A DNA stretch of 61,731 bases, the filler included. It is 8 parts of 8 records of this genome, joined end to end, with 100 filler letters (N's around TTAATTAATTAA, not from the genome) between each part and the next. Parts side by side here need not be neighbours in the genome. Positions count along the whole stretch, not along the records: positions 29,208 to 40,874 come from SRR31147125_32007; 7 more parts are not named here. One strand, written 5' to 3'. Position 1 is the stretch's first letter, and each line of letters begins with the position of its first letter. The notes beneath the pieces were generated by a model. It made no database searches, was not told the DNA's origin, and saw nothing but the letters and a program-made list of their open reading frames with translations. Shown piece after piece: positions 29,277 to 39,364 of this stretch. Both the position numbers and the translations under genes were made by a program.

Positions 29277-29377
29277 CTTATCTTTCAAGCTGTGCTTGTG
29301 GGACTTGGCACCTTTGCTTTATATAGCCGGTTGCCGCAGTTATCATAGGGCCCATTCCCTAAACTGCTCTTGATAAG
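29277..29377 (-). ncRNA. SAM-I (S-box) riboswitch
   Basis: cttatcaagag...ggg..gggccctatga...cggcaacc...ggtgccaagtcc...aaagataag matches the SAM-I consensus; the regulated gene lies beyond the contig end. Confidence 0.93.
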
Positions 29378-29390
29378 AAATTTCTATATG

Positions 29391-29419
29391 ATTATATATC
29401 TATATAAATCTTTTTGCAA
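29391..29419 (-). promoter_or_regulatory. SigmaA promoter of the SAM leader
   Basis: TTGCAA-17 nt-TATAAT. Confidence 0.7.
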
Positions 29420-29426
29420 GATATAA

Positions 29427-30686
29427 TTACGAGTTTTTGTAATCTTCGTTGATTAAATATATCATGCATACAAATATTACTACGGCAATACCATGCGCTA
29501 AAGAATCTAACAACAAAATAAATATTACACTCATAGAAAGTGCTATAGCTAATGCATTAAAACCCTTGCCCTTTTTATATATTAAAGATATAGGAACAAA
29601 AATACACAAGAAATCCAATATAGTTCCAACAATGATTCCAAAGCCAGCGATATTATCTATCAAAAAAGCATGACCGCCTATTGTACAGTTTGGATCAAAA
29701 ACTGTTCCTCCTAAAAGGTGAGTTGGTATGACACTTATTGAATAAGTATAGTACATTAATCTGTGCTCAACTGCACCAATAGGGTTTCCTGTCCTTATGG
29801 ATTCAATAACAGAAAATGCCTTGAATATAAGGTTGGACCAATTTGCTCGCCATTCTTCCTCTGGTAAAACCTCGATTACTCCTGTTAGTATAAGAGTAAC
29901 GAAAGTACCTACAATTAAAACGATTATACTGCCAATAACAATATTTGTTTTAATCTTGAATTTTGAAAAAATTATAATAACAATACCAATAGCAGTAGCT
30001 ACAATAGCAAAACTAAATTTAGTTATAAATAGCATAAAAGAAACTATCATAAAAGTTATAATCAGCAAACTATATTTAATAATCTTATTTTTTTCTTTGT
30101 TTTTACAGGCAAGGACTAATTTTTTATCAAACAACACGTAAAAGATAAGAGGACAAAAACATGCAGCGGTAAATACAAAATTATAACTTCCAACACCTCT
30201 TGCGTGATAATAGCCTTTGTTTAATTTTCCGCCAGTAATGAATCTAGATACTGGGTCGGATTGTCCAATGTTTCCAATAATAGTTGTTATGGCGAAAACG
30301 GATATGAGTACTAAGGAAAAAACAAACAATACTTTTAATTCATCTTGATGGTTTTCTTTATAAAAAAGATAAAATAGCAATAAAAACAAAAATATAAACA
30401 AGGCTGTATTTGCAGAAACACCATCAATACCATAAAAAATGTAACTTACGACTGCTACATACACGATACTAAAATAAGTAAGACAAGCGATGACTTTATT
30501 ATTAATAAAAAAACTTTTTGATATGATTACAGCGGTTATAAACCAAATAGCAGAACATAAAATAACAATTACTTTTAAAACATCGACGCCAATTGCGACA
30601 GGAGATATAATCCAAAAGATGATATACATTGCACATATTAAATTTATAATACTTAATTTTGGCTTTTCCTTTATATTAAAATTCAT
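29427..30686 (-). CDS. Polytopic membrane protein, Wzy/O-antigen ligase-like
   Basis: About 11 TM helices, very AT-rich, late loop with R and GGH motif. Confidence 0.55.
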   Translation of the reverse strand: MNFNIKEKPKLSIINLICAMYIIFWIISPVAIGVDVLKVIVILCSAIWFITAVIISKSFFINNKVIACLTYFSIVYVAVVSYIFYGIDGVSANTALFIFLFLLLFYLFYKENHQDELKVLFVFSLVLISVFAITTIIGNIGQSDPVSRFITGGKLNKGYYHARGVGSYNFVFTAACFCPLIFYVLFDKKLVLACKNKEKNKIIKYSLLIITFMIVSFMLFITKFSFAIVATAIGIVIIIFSKFKIKTNIVIGSIIVLIVGTFVTLILTGVIEVLPEEEWRANWSNLIFKAFSVIESIRTGNPIGAVEHRLMYYTYSISVIPTHLLGGTVFDPNCTIGGHAFLIDNIAGFGIIVGTILDFLCIFVPISLIYKKGKGFNALAIALSMSVIFILLLDSLAHGIAVVIFVCMIYLINEDYKNS

Positions 30687-30965
30687 AAAAAACTACTTTC
30701 CTTTCGATTTAAAAAACATAAGGTGTATAAAACTAAATATGTTTGTTAGGTACTTTTTTTAAACGATTAACATAAATAATGATAATTAAAACAACAATAA
30801 ATGTAAAGCAAAATATAATTTTAAAAAGTATATGAACTTATTTTGTACTATATTATGGTAGTAAAAGGCATAATTTTGTAATGAAAACTATCTTAATATG
30901 TTTTTGTGGTGTATAATATATAAATATAAGTATATATGATGAAAGAATTTGGAGAGTTATATATA

Positions 30966-33158
30966 ATGAAAATTAATAAGATATTGATAATAATATCGCT
31001 TATTCTATGTATAAAGCTAACTGCTAGTGCTGAAGGGTTAGACGAAAGTAATATTAAAAACGGAAAAAGGATTGAATTTGAAGAAGCGTTTTCTATTCTT
31101 GTTCCAAATGATTTTGAACTTAAGGAAATAGAGCAGGATGATTTTTTAAACAGCAAAGTTTATGAATACGAATCAAAAGAAGAAAGAATAAGAGTTATAA
31201 TTGGAAGCCAAGAATCTACTGATGTACGTTTTAAGGATTTAGATTACCTTATTAGAAAAGATTTAGATTATAAGCTTTTAACCAATGAACAGCTTTTGCT
31301 CGAATACGAATCATTTGAGCAAAGTATTGCCGATAGTGTTCCCGTTTATATGGATTATTTACCTGTAAGTGCAGTATCCTTTGATGAAAGACTGGCTTTG
31401 GTTTGTAATGCTTATTATACAGATAACGAAAGTTTTGCGACAGGCATGATTAAAGCCTATAGGTATTATTATATGGGCAATATCATTACGCTTTATTATG
31501 ATACCTTAATTGAAGGGAACTATTATAACGAAAATGCTTTTATAGTTTTTGACGAAATTGCAGGCAGTATTGATTTTGAAAGCAACCCAGCAGCAAATGT
31601 GAGCAATCCTGCAGTGTTATCTAGTATTATTTCTGTTTCAATAAAACCTTTGGCTGTTGTTGCGGCTGCACTTTTTATTGGAATAGCTTTGGGGCTTTTA
31701 ACTAGAAGCACAAAAGGTAAAAGGGTTAAACAAAATATAGGAGAAGCTATGGTGATTGAATCTTCTGAGTTGGTTGAATCTTCTGATATAGATGAGACTT
31801 ATGTTGCGGATGAGAATTCTAAAGTTAAGAAGCAGGAATCTAAGGTTGAAGAACCTTATGAGGAAACAGATTATTCTGAGCTGGATTCTGCATTAGATTA
31901 TGATGCAGACGAAGGTGCGGATTGGAACATGTTGCTTAATCAAGTAAAAACTGAAAAGAGTGTTACAGAGCAGAGTGAATTGGATACTGAAAAGCAAGAA
32001 GATATAGATGAAAAAAGCGAAATAACTGTTTATGATGATTCTAGCGAAAATGAAGTGAACGAGCAAATTGAACAAGCTGAGCAAATAGATGCGAAAGCCT
32101 ACAATATAGATGGTCCTATTGATGAAACAAAACCAAATGAGAAACCAGAGGTTGAAGAGCAACAACAAGAAGAACATAAGTTTGAGCATGAGGAGCATAG
32201 CGATTATGTTAATGAATTGCTTTTAAAGCAAGAACTATTAGACGAACAGCAGAGTAAAAAAGATAGAAGGACAGCACTTAATTTTGATCATGGATTTGAA
32301 GAGTTTGATATCGATAAATATGATTTGATTGAAGATGAAGATGAAGAGGATACAGTAAAAATGCCAAAACGACGCTTAGGGGCGCTTGTACAAGGGATAG
32401 ATGAATCTTTGGGCAAAAAAGAGATAAGCCAAGAGATTGGTGGACATGAAGTTGAAGAGGATGCATATGTTGGAGATCATTTTTCTGCTGACAGACAAGA
32501 TGATGACAATATAGATGTCGATGAATATAGTGATATTGAGATAGAGGAAAACGATAGCATCATATACGAGACTTTAAAAAAAGAAAGCCTAATGGATGAG
32601 GAAAATACTATAGATAATGAAGAGTATATAAAAACGCAAGAACCCCAAGAAGAAGAACTTGATTATAATAAGGAGTTTTTTGCATCTAAGCTGGTAAGAA
32701 GTAAAGTAGAAAAGAAAACAGATGTCGATACCGAATATATTGATAGAATGCTGCCTGAAAAGAAAAAAGCGGAAAATAAAAAGAACATTAAAGCTTTGCA
32801 AAAAGAAGTTTTGAACTTTTTACATGATGAGATTTCTGAAAAAGTGGAAATTGTAAGTGATGCTGAAAAGAGTAAAAAAGCTAAAAGAGAAAGGAAAGAA
32901 AAGCTTAAAGGCGCAAGTAAGTTTTTAAACTCTATCGTTAGCCGAATTATTGGTGATGGCGACGCTGAAGACCAGATTTTGTCTGATGTTGAAAGCAGAA
33001 ACGAACTGCATAGAAAAGAAAAGATAGATAATACCAAGTATGATGAGCTTATACCGGGTATTACTGATGCATACGAGGAAAAGGAAGTTGTTGATATTGT
33101 TATGGATGAGTATGAAGAAATTAAGTATTTAGATAAAGAAGAAAAAGAAGATGAATAG
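30966..33158 (+). CDS. Hypothetical bitopic protein with long acidic tail
   Basis: Signal peptide, globular N-domain, one TM helix, D/E-rich C-terminal region of about 480 aa. Confidence 0.75.
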   Translation: MKINKILIIISLILCIKLTASAEGLDESNIKNGKRIEFEEAFSILVPNDFELKEIEQDDFLNSKVYEYESKEERIRVIIGSQESTDVRFKDLDYLIRKDLDYKLLTNEQLLLEYESFEQSIADSVPVYMDYLPVSAVSFDERLALVCNAYYTDNESFATGMIKAYRYYYMGNIITLYYDTLIEGNYYNENAFIVFDEIAGSIDFESNPAANVSNPAVLSSIISVSIKPLAVVAAALFIGIALGLLTRSTKGKRVKQNIGEAMVIESSELVESSDIDETYVADENSKVKKQESKVEEPYEETDYSELDSALDYDADEGADWNMLLNQVKTEKSVTEQSELDTEKQEDIDEKSEITVYDDSSENEVNEQIEQAEQIDAKAYNIDGPIDETKPNEKPEVEEQQQEEHKFEHEEHSDYVNELLLKQELLDEQQSKKDRRTALNFDHGFEEFDIDKYDLIEDEDEEDTVKMPKRRLGALVQGIDESLGKKEISQEIGGHEVEEDAYVGDHFSADRQDDDNIDVDEYSDIEIEENDSIIYETLKKESLMDEENTIDNEEYIKTQEPQEEELDYNKEFFASKLVRSKVEKKTDVDTEYIDRMLPEKKKAENKKNIKALQKEVLNFLHDEISEKVEIVSDAEKSKKAKRERKEKLKGASKFLNSIVSRIIGDGDAEDQILSDVESRNELHRKEKIDNTKYDELIPGITDAYEEKEVVDIVMDEYEEIKYLDKEEKEDE

Positions 33159-33422
33159 ATGTTTATAATGAGCTTATGCAAAAAAGATAAATTGTAAATT
33201 TAGTGTTTAAATCTGCAATTTAACAATTATTCACAATCATATTATTGTATTTGTACAAAAAGTAATTTATAATTGTTGATAAAGGAAAGAAATAACATAT
33301 ATGAAATTTGCATTTTGAACGAAAAAACGGAAAGATTTGAAAACCTTGCATTTTGGTTATTAAAACTAAAATGTTTCAAAAAAGCTTTGTGTTTTTAGTG
33401 AAATGAAGGGATGGTCATAGAT

Positions 33423-34916
33423 ATGGCAAATTGTAAGAACTGCGGAAAGCAACTATCTGAAGATTTAAAGTTTTGTACTGATTGTGGAACGCTTATATCA
33501 GAAGATGATAACAATGATGTTTTAGAAGATATCCAAGATGGGATTCAAGACGGGATTATTGTTGAAGAGATTGATGATAATTTAGAAGAAGAAAAAGAAA
33601 GTTTGGATAAAGAGGACAAACCAAAAGAAAAAGGTTTTTTTGCAAAACTAACAAAAAAATTAAACAATAAAGATGAAAATATAGTTGAAAGTTCTATTGA
33701 GATAGAAGAGGAACCGAAGCTTCCTATAGAACCATCTATAGATACTCCTGTCCTAGACGAGCAAAGTGCTTTTGAGCAAGAAGCATCTAAATGGGCGAAT
33801 GATATTATTGAACCAGAAGAACCAATTGTTGAAGACAAACAGGACTTTGAGTATGAGGCTGGTGTCGTTGAGGATAAGCCTGTTAATGTTAGTAATGTGT
33901 TGGATACAGGAAACACTACAAGAACAACTCAAGTTTATACAACAAGAGGAAAGAACAGCTATGTAGATAAATTTTTAGGTCTAATATTAGTTTTATTTAT
34001 TGCAACGGTTAGTGTAGTTGGCTTTTTATATGGGTCAAACTCATCAGATGCATTTAAAATTATGAATAGCCTAATGTCATATGCCCCTTTGTTTATTGTG
34101 GCGCTTGCTGGACTAATTTTAGCGAGAACAGGAAATATTGATTTTACGCCTATAGCAATTATGGTATTTACGTATTATCTTCTTGTATCAGGGTTCAACC
34201 AACAGCAGTATCCGCTTTATTTAACATATGTTATTGTGGGTGTTATTGCACTTGGCATAGTAAGCGGAATCCTTTCATCTGTGTTCTTGATTCCTAATGT
34301 TTTTATATCTGTACCAATCCTTGCAATTACTTTTGCTTATGCAAATAGTGTATTGATGTCGGGGAATACTATGGTACCTGAGTACGCAGGAGTGTTTACA
34401 GAAGTCTATATTCCAATTGCTTTAGTTATTTTCGCGTTTTTAGCAACATACATACTAATATTTACATCAAGGCTTTCTAAGCCCATTTATAAAAGAAAAG
34501 GAATTATGCAGTCTGACAGAATGTTTTATACTCTAGTTCATATAATTGCATATGTAATAGCTGCTGTTGCTGGTATTGTTGCTTCTATAACAATTGAAAT
34601 TGATTCAAATATTCTTGCAATAGTTGCATATAGTTTTGATTATATGGTTGCTATGATATTTATAATATGCGTATGCGGTTGTAGTACATTGTTTGATAAT
34701 GGGTTTATGCCGCAAATTATATTTATATTGGGTTTTGCAGTTTGGTTTGCTATAGACTTTATTATAGGCAATATGGTAATGACAAATGTTTCGCTATTGG
34801 TGGCTTCTGCAATAAAAGGTGCAATTTTAATGATAGCGCTTGTTGCCGATAGAGTTTATACAAGAAATCAGCTACCAGAGTATTATAATACTGTTTGTAT
34901 GAAAACCAAGGAATAA
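33423..34916 (+). CDS. Zinc-ribbon + acidic linker + degenerate sugar ABC permease-like domain
   Basis: CKNCG..KFCTDCG; GLILARTGNIDF, IPNVFIS, TSRLSKPIY resemble RbsC/MglC permease motifs. Confidence 0.7.
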   Translation: MANCKNCGKQLSEDLKFCTDCGTLISEDDNNDVLEDIQDGIQDGIIVEEIDDNLEEEKESLDKEDKPKEKGFFAKLTKKLNNKDENIVESSIEIEEEPKLPIEPSIDTPVLDEQSAFEQEASKWANDIIEPEEPIVEDKQDFEYEAGVVEDKPVNVSNVLDTGNTTRTTQVYTTRGKNSYVDKFLGLILVLFIATVSVVGFLYGSNSSDAFKIMNSLMSYAPLFIVALAGLILARTGNIDFTPIAIMVFTYYLLVSGFNQQQYPLYLTYVIVGVIALGIVSGILSSVFLIPNVFISVPILAITFAYANSVLMSGNTMVPEYAGVFTEVYIPIALVIFAFLATYILIFTSRLSKPIYKRKGIMQSDRMFYTLVHIIAYVIAAVAGIVASITIEIDSNILAIVAYSFDYMVAMIFIICVCGCSTLFDNGFMPQIIFILGFAVWFAIDFIIGNMVMTNVSLLVASAIKGAILMIALVADRVYTRNQLPEYYNTVCMKTKE

Positions 34917-34950
34917 TTATTTAGCATAAAAAAGAGAATAAAAGTTAAGT

Positions 34951-34982
34951 AAAGGGCTGAAAGGTGAATCTTTCAGCCCTTT
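34951..34982. terminator. Bidirectional terminator
   Basis: aaagggctgaaag / ctttcagcccttt between convergent genes. Confidence 0.8.
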
Positions 34983-35004
34983 GATGTTATTATGTACTTG
35001 TCTA

Positions 35005-35262
35005 CTATTTCTGTTTAAAAATGTGCACAAGAGTACCCCATAAATTTTTTTTGTATTGTGCGCAAGGATACTTCATATTAGCTTCTCGCCGTGAGATTGG
35101 ATTTCGTTGCGTTGTATTGGCACATTTACATCTCATATATAGATCCATATTAAATGTTATGGCATTTGGAGTAAGAACTTGCTCAGACCCATCATCACCT
35201 CTGTATATATTAAATGGACCGCAGTGTTTACATCGTGTACAAATAGCATTTTTACTCATCAT
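35005..35262 (-). CDS. Small Cys-rich hypothetical protein
   Basis: AAGGAG RBS; CxxCxxC plus three more Cys. Confidence 0.6.
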   Translation of the reverse strand: MMSKNAICTRCKHCGPFNIYRGDDGSEQVLTPNAITFNMDLYMRCKCANTTQRNPISRREANMKYPCAQYKKNLWGTLVHIFKQK

Positions 35263-35361
35263 TATATCTCCTTATTTATGATCTTAAATAAAGTATAATA
35301 GTAAAATTTAAAAGATATAAGTGAGCTAAGAGAGCACTATTTAGAACAGGCAAAGCAAGTT

Positions 35362-36018
35362 TTACTGTATATTTCCATCCGTAGTGATTATTTTTACATC
35401 ACAAGCAATATCTTTGCCACTTTTTTTAATTGCTTCATTAACAGCATATGAAAGACCGCCACAGCAAGGTACGTTCATCCTTGCAACAGTAATGCTATTG
35501 ATATCGTTATACTGGATTATTTGTGCAAGCTTTTCGCTGTAGTCTATGCTATCAAGTTTAGGACACCCGATAATGGTGATTTTGTCTTTCATAAAATCAT
35601 TATGAAAGTTTCCATACGCGAAGCTGCAGCAATCAGCAGCAACTAATAAATCGGCTCCGTTAAAAAAATCTGATGTAGGGTTTACAAGTTTAATCTGACA
35701 TGGCCATTGATTCAACATTGATGGAGCTTTTCCCTCGAAATCTTCTGTTTCTTTTTTCATTTGTTTAGAAATGCTTGAAGGACACCCTAAAGTTTTATGA
35801 GCTTTAAGCGGCGTATCAAATTCTTTTTCGATCATAGAGATTGCATCTACAGGACATTTAGGAAGACACATACCAAGTCCATCGCAGTGATCTTCTTTTA
35901 CAAGCTTTGCTTTTCCGTCAACCATGGCTATTGCGCCTTGATGACAAGCATTAGCGCATGCTCCGCAACCTGTACATTTTTCGCTGTCTATATTAATAAT
36001 TTTTCTTTTTATAATCAT
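35362..36018 (-). CDS. 4Fe-4S ferredoxin-domain protein (type often linked to hcp)
   Basis: CTGCGACANAC, CDGLGMCLPKCP, QWPCQ, AADC, GCPKLD, VPCCGG. Confidence 0.85.
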   Translation of the reverse strand: MIIKRKIINIDSEKCTGCGACANACHQGAIAMVDGKAKLVKEDHCDGLGMCLPKCPVDAISMIEKEFDTPLKAHKTLGCPSSISKQMKKETEDFEGKAPSMLNQWPCQIKLVNPTSDFFNGADLLVAADCCSFAYGNFHNDFMKDKITIIGCPKLDSIDYSEKLAQIIQYNDINSITVARMNVPCCGGLSYAVNEAIKKSGKDIACDVKIITTDGNIQ

Positions 36019-36099
36019 AAATTCCTTTCCTGTTAATATCCATTAAAATTGTTATTGTTGTTATTATAGCTTTAGTGTAATATAATTCAATTATAAATA

Positions 36100-36115
36100 T
36101 GTGACAATTATCACG
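36100..36115. promoter_or_regulatory. Crp/Fnr-type operator
   Basis: TGTGA-N6-TCACG between the divergent Fe-S and Crp genes. Confidence 0.6.
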
Positions 36116-36126
36116 AAAGGGTGCTA

Positions 36127-36798
36127 ATGTTTGAAAAAATTAAATTGTTTAGCGGAATCGAATCGAATGTGATACCTAGTATGCTAAGTTGTATAGGTAG
36201 TTATACAAAGATATACCAAAAAGATGAGTATATAATACTTGCAGGTAGCAAGATAACCAGCATAGGCATTATACTTTCTGGTAATGCCAATATAATAAAA
36301 GAAAATATGGCTGGCGAAAGAGTTATAAAAAGCAGCATTTCGGAAAATGATATGTTTGCGCACAGTATTGTCTGTGCGGGTGTAGAAAGTTGTCCTGTTT
36401 CGGTTGTTGCAAAACAAAGAACGGAAGTGCTATTTTTACCATTGAACAGAGTAGTAAAAACGTGTGCTGCTTCGTGTGATTTTCATAATACTTTAATACA
36501 TAACCTTGTTTCCATTCTAGCTGTTCAAAATATGAGTATGGATAAAAACCTTGATTATTTAACTGCAAAAAGTGTAAAAGCAAAAATAGCTAAATATTTA
36601 TTAGACCTAGCTGATACCAATAAAAGTGATATCGTAAAAACGCCTTTCGGTAGAATTGAGCTTGCTGATTTTTTGTGTATAGAAAGAAGCGTACTTTCGC
36701 GAGAATTATCTAAATTAAAAAAACAAGGTCTTATCGACTTTGATAAAAGCACATTTAAGATATTGGATTATGATGCTTTGTTTAAAATTATAAGCTAA
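36127..36798 (+). CDS. Crp/Fnr family regulator (HcpR-like)
   Basis: cNMP-binding fold, C...C.FH, C-terminal HTH LADFLCIERSVLSREL. Confidence 0.9.
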   Translation: MFEKIKLFSGIESNVIPSMLSCIGSYTKIYQKDEYIILAGSKITSIGIILSGNANIIKENMAGERVIKSSISENDMFAHSIVCAGVESCPVSVVAKQRTEVLFLPLNRVVKTCAASCDFHNTLIHNLVSILAVQNMSMDKNLDYLTAKSVKAKIAKYLLDLADTNKSDIVKTPFGRIELADFLCIERSVLSRELSKLKKQGLIDFDKSTFKILDYDALFKIIS

Positions 36799-36815
36799 TA
36801 AGCAAGATATAATAA

Positions 36816-38252
36816 TTACGTATTTTGAGTAAGGGTATAATGAGATAAATATTTTTGGTATCGCTTTTTGTATATTTCTTTTGTTTCGGGGTTATTAATA
36901 AACCCGCTGTGTGCATCACAACCTTCATTAACAAACTGTTTTTCAAAATATATTGAGCAAACTCTTGCAGCTCCTAATGTTGAACTGTTCTTTGAGTAAG
37001 AAAGGGATATTTTCATACCAAAAATATCAGAAAACATCTGACACCAAAATTTGTTGGCAAGTATTCCGCCAGACAAAATAATTTCTTGTGGGAAATCGCT
37101 AAGTTTAACTATGTCGGTATAACAGTGATAGATATTGAAGATTATGCCTTCTAACAGACTATAGTATATATCACCCAACTTATGTTTACCAGACAGGCCA
37201 ATAAAGCTTCCGCTTCTATCCTCGTTCCATCCAGGACTGTGTTCACCAAAGTTAAAGGGCATATAGAATGGTGCTTTTTCTATATCCACGCTATGCAGCA
37301 TATTATCTAAATCGCTAAATGAGTATTTATTACCGCAAAAATCATCTACAAACCAATTTACACAATTACAAGCTCCACTTGTAGCGGCCCCTAAAATATA
37401 TTTTTTGTTACCCATATAATAGCACCATGTTGTAGGTTTTTTTGGTAAAATAGGTTTGGATATTGATGTTCTAATAGCTGCACTAGTGCCTATTGAAACC
37501 GTCATAATCTTTTCAGAAAACTCAGCATCGCATATTTGGTTTAGTGCACCGTCAGAATTTGAAACAAAAACAGGCAAACCTTTTAAAAGCCCCAATTGTT
37601 TCGAGGCAGTTTCGCACAATTTTGCTGTATAATTATATGATACTAGCTTTGCAAATTGGCATGGTTTTATTTTAAGTATATTTAAAATATCGACATCCCA
37701 ATCTAACGTATGGATGTTTAAAAAACCGGTGCCAGAAGCTATAATCTTAGAAACTACGACTTCACAAGTTAGTTTTTCAAAAAGATATTCTGGTAATGAT
37801 GATATATGGATATCTTTAACATCAAAAGACGGATTATTGTTTTTTTGGTGATAGAGTCTCCATACAGGATATTTGCTATGAATATTGCACCCTGTATCAG
37901 CATAAACTTTTTTTCTAAAAGATTCGTTTTTTCGCAAGAACTTTGCAGTTTCAAAAGCTGAGATATTTGCCCAAGTGGTTAGTTTTTGGATCGGTTTTCT
38001 CTGTTTATCTAGAATAAGCATACTATGCCATACACTTGAAAGCGACACGGCATCTATACTAACTTTGTTATCTGTAAGTAGTTTTCTACAGCAATCAAAA
38101 ACGATGTCGATAATGCCGTCGGCATCTTGCGCCTCTATACCACCTATGCTTTTTGGATACGCAATAGAAAATGAATCAATAACGCCTTTGATATCAGAAT
38201 ATATGATTGCTTTTGCTGAAGATGTACTTGCTTCTAATGATAATATGTTCAT
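36816..38252 (-). CDS. FGGY carbohydrate kinase, gluconokinase-like
   Basis: LEASTSSAKA, SSVWHS, SDGA, SIGTSAAIR, GEHSPGW, LSGG. Confidence 0.8.
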   Translation of the reverse strand: MNILSLEASTSSAKAIIYSDIKGVIDSFSIAYPKSIGGIEAQDADGIIDIVFDCCRKLLTDNKVSIDAVSLSSVWHSMLILDKQRKPIQKLTTWANISAFETAKFLRKNESFRKKVYADTGCNIHSKYPVWRLYHQKNNNPSFDVKDIHISSLPEYLFEKLTCEVVVSKIIASGTGFLNIHTLDWDVDILNILKIKPCQFAKLVSYNYTAKLCETASKQLGLLKGLPVFVSNSDGALNQICDAEFSEKIMTVSIGTSAAIRTSISKPILPKKPTTWCYYMGNKKYILGAATSGACNCVNWFVDDFCGNKYSFSDLDNMLHSVDIEKAPFYMPFNFGEHSPGWNEDRSGSFIGLSGKHKLGDIYYSLLEGIIFNIYHCYTDIVKLSDFPQEIILSGGILANKFWCQMFSDIFGMKISLSYSKNSSTLGAARVCSIYFEKQFVNEGCDAHSGFINNPETKEIYKKRYQKYLSHYTLTQNT

Positions 38253-38300
38253 AAATGATAAATTTCCTTTGACTAAATAATTTATGAAACCAAACCGCGT

Positions 38301-38636
38301 TTATTTTATCTCTATTATCACTTTGTGTGGCAAGCAGACAATAATATCTCCAACATCGGTAGCGGATTTTGTGTTTACACAAACCTGATTAGGGCACGAT
38401 GCACATACAACATCTACAGTCATGTCTTTAATAACGACTTCGTTTGTACCAATATCAGTTTCGATGATGAAAGAAGTATCCGTGGATTCAGTTAATTCAA
38501 TAGACTTATATTCTTGTCCATCAATTGTAATTACAACATACTTTTTTTCTTCAGCCGAAAACATTCCACTAAAAAGAACATACAATAATGCTAATATGAA
38601 AATAGATCCAAATATGATTATCTCTTTTTTTCTCAT
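38301..38636 (-). CDS. NusG domain II-containing protein
   Basis: N-terminal TM; ASCPNQVCV, IVCLPHKVII. Confidence 0.9.
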   Translation of the reverse strand: MRKKEIIIFGSIFILALLYVLFSGMFSAEEKKYVVITIDGQEYKSIELTESTDTSFIIETDIGTNEVVIKDMTVDVVCASCPNQVCVNTKSATDVGDIIVCLPHKVIIEIK

Positions 38637-38757
38637 AATATTAAATAATTGATGCTGTCTAAATTTTATTTAAGACGGCAAAAAACACTTTACCTTAAAA
38701 TTTTATCAAATTTATAATAACACAATAAATTTAAAAAAACAAAGCACATCACTTATG

Positions 38758-38790
38758 GAAAAAACAGGTGATTTACATGCCTGTTTTTTC
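38758..38790. terminator. Terminator-like hairpin
   Basis: gaaaaaacagg / cctgttttttc. Confidence 0.6.
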
Positions 38791-38828
38791 TATAGAAAAA
38801 TATTTGGTATCCAGCTTTTAAATTTATT

Positions 38829-39065
38829 TTAGGAACTAGTGTTGCAAAATGTAACAGCATTTATCTTACAAAGGGGAATGACTGTTACTTTACCGTATCT
38901 GTTTGTTCCTTGGTTGCAAGACTTTGTTATCAAAGTAATATAGCAGTCATGTACAGCAGTTAAAAGCCCTGTAAAACAAAACCCATCAACATAGCAACAG
39001 ATTACGCTGTTTATGTTTTCGGTAAGTGCACTTAGTATACATCCGTTTGAATTTTCGTTTAGCAT
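38829..39065 (-). CDS. Small Cys-rich hypothetical protein (Sm-like/YuzF-like pattern)
   Basis: AAAGGAG RBS; FTGLLTAVHDCYITL...VIPLCKINAV. Confidence 0.55.
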   Translation of the reverse strand: MLNENSNGCILSALTENINSVICCYVDGFCFTGLLTAVHDCYITLITKSCNQGTNRYGKVTVIPLCKINAVTFCNTSS

Positions 39066-39364
39066 AAAAAGTCTCCTTTCTGTGTATATATTATTTTATT
39101 AAAATAATATGTTTTTTGTTACAAACAAAAAGAAGCTACAGTTTTAAATTTTTAAATTGAAAATTTGTATATTTCTATATTTTATCATAAAAAAATATAT
39201 GTTTAAGCAATCTTATAATATAGTATAAAACTTTTAAAAGGCATTTACATTATATTATATTTATCAATTTAATTTTTATTAAATAGTAAATTAGTCTTAC
39301 CAAACAATGATAATTTTTAACAAGGCGAAAGCCGAAAATTTTTATTACTATATGGAGGATGATC

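Noticed and set aside
39295-39345. GGCGAAAGCC hairpin upstream of alkaline phosphatase as a c-di-GMP riboswitch
   Set aside because: Only a GNRA hairpin; the rest of the aptamer consensus is missing.
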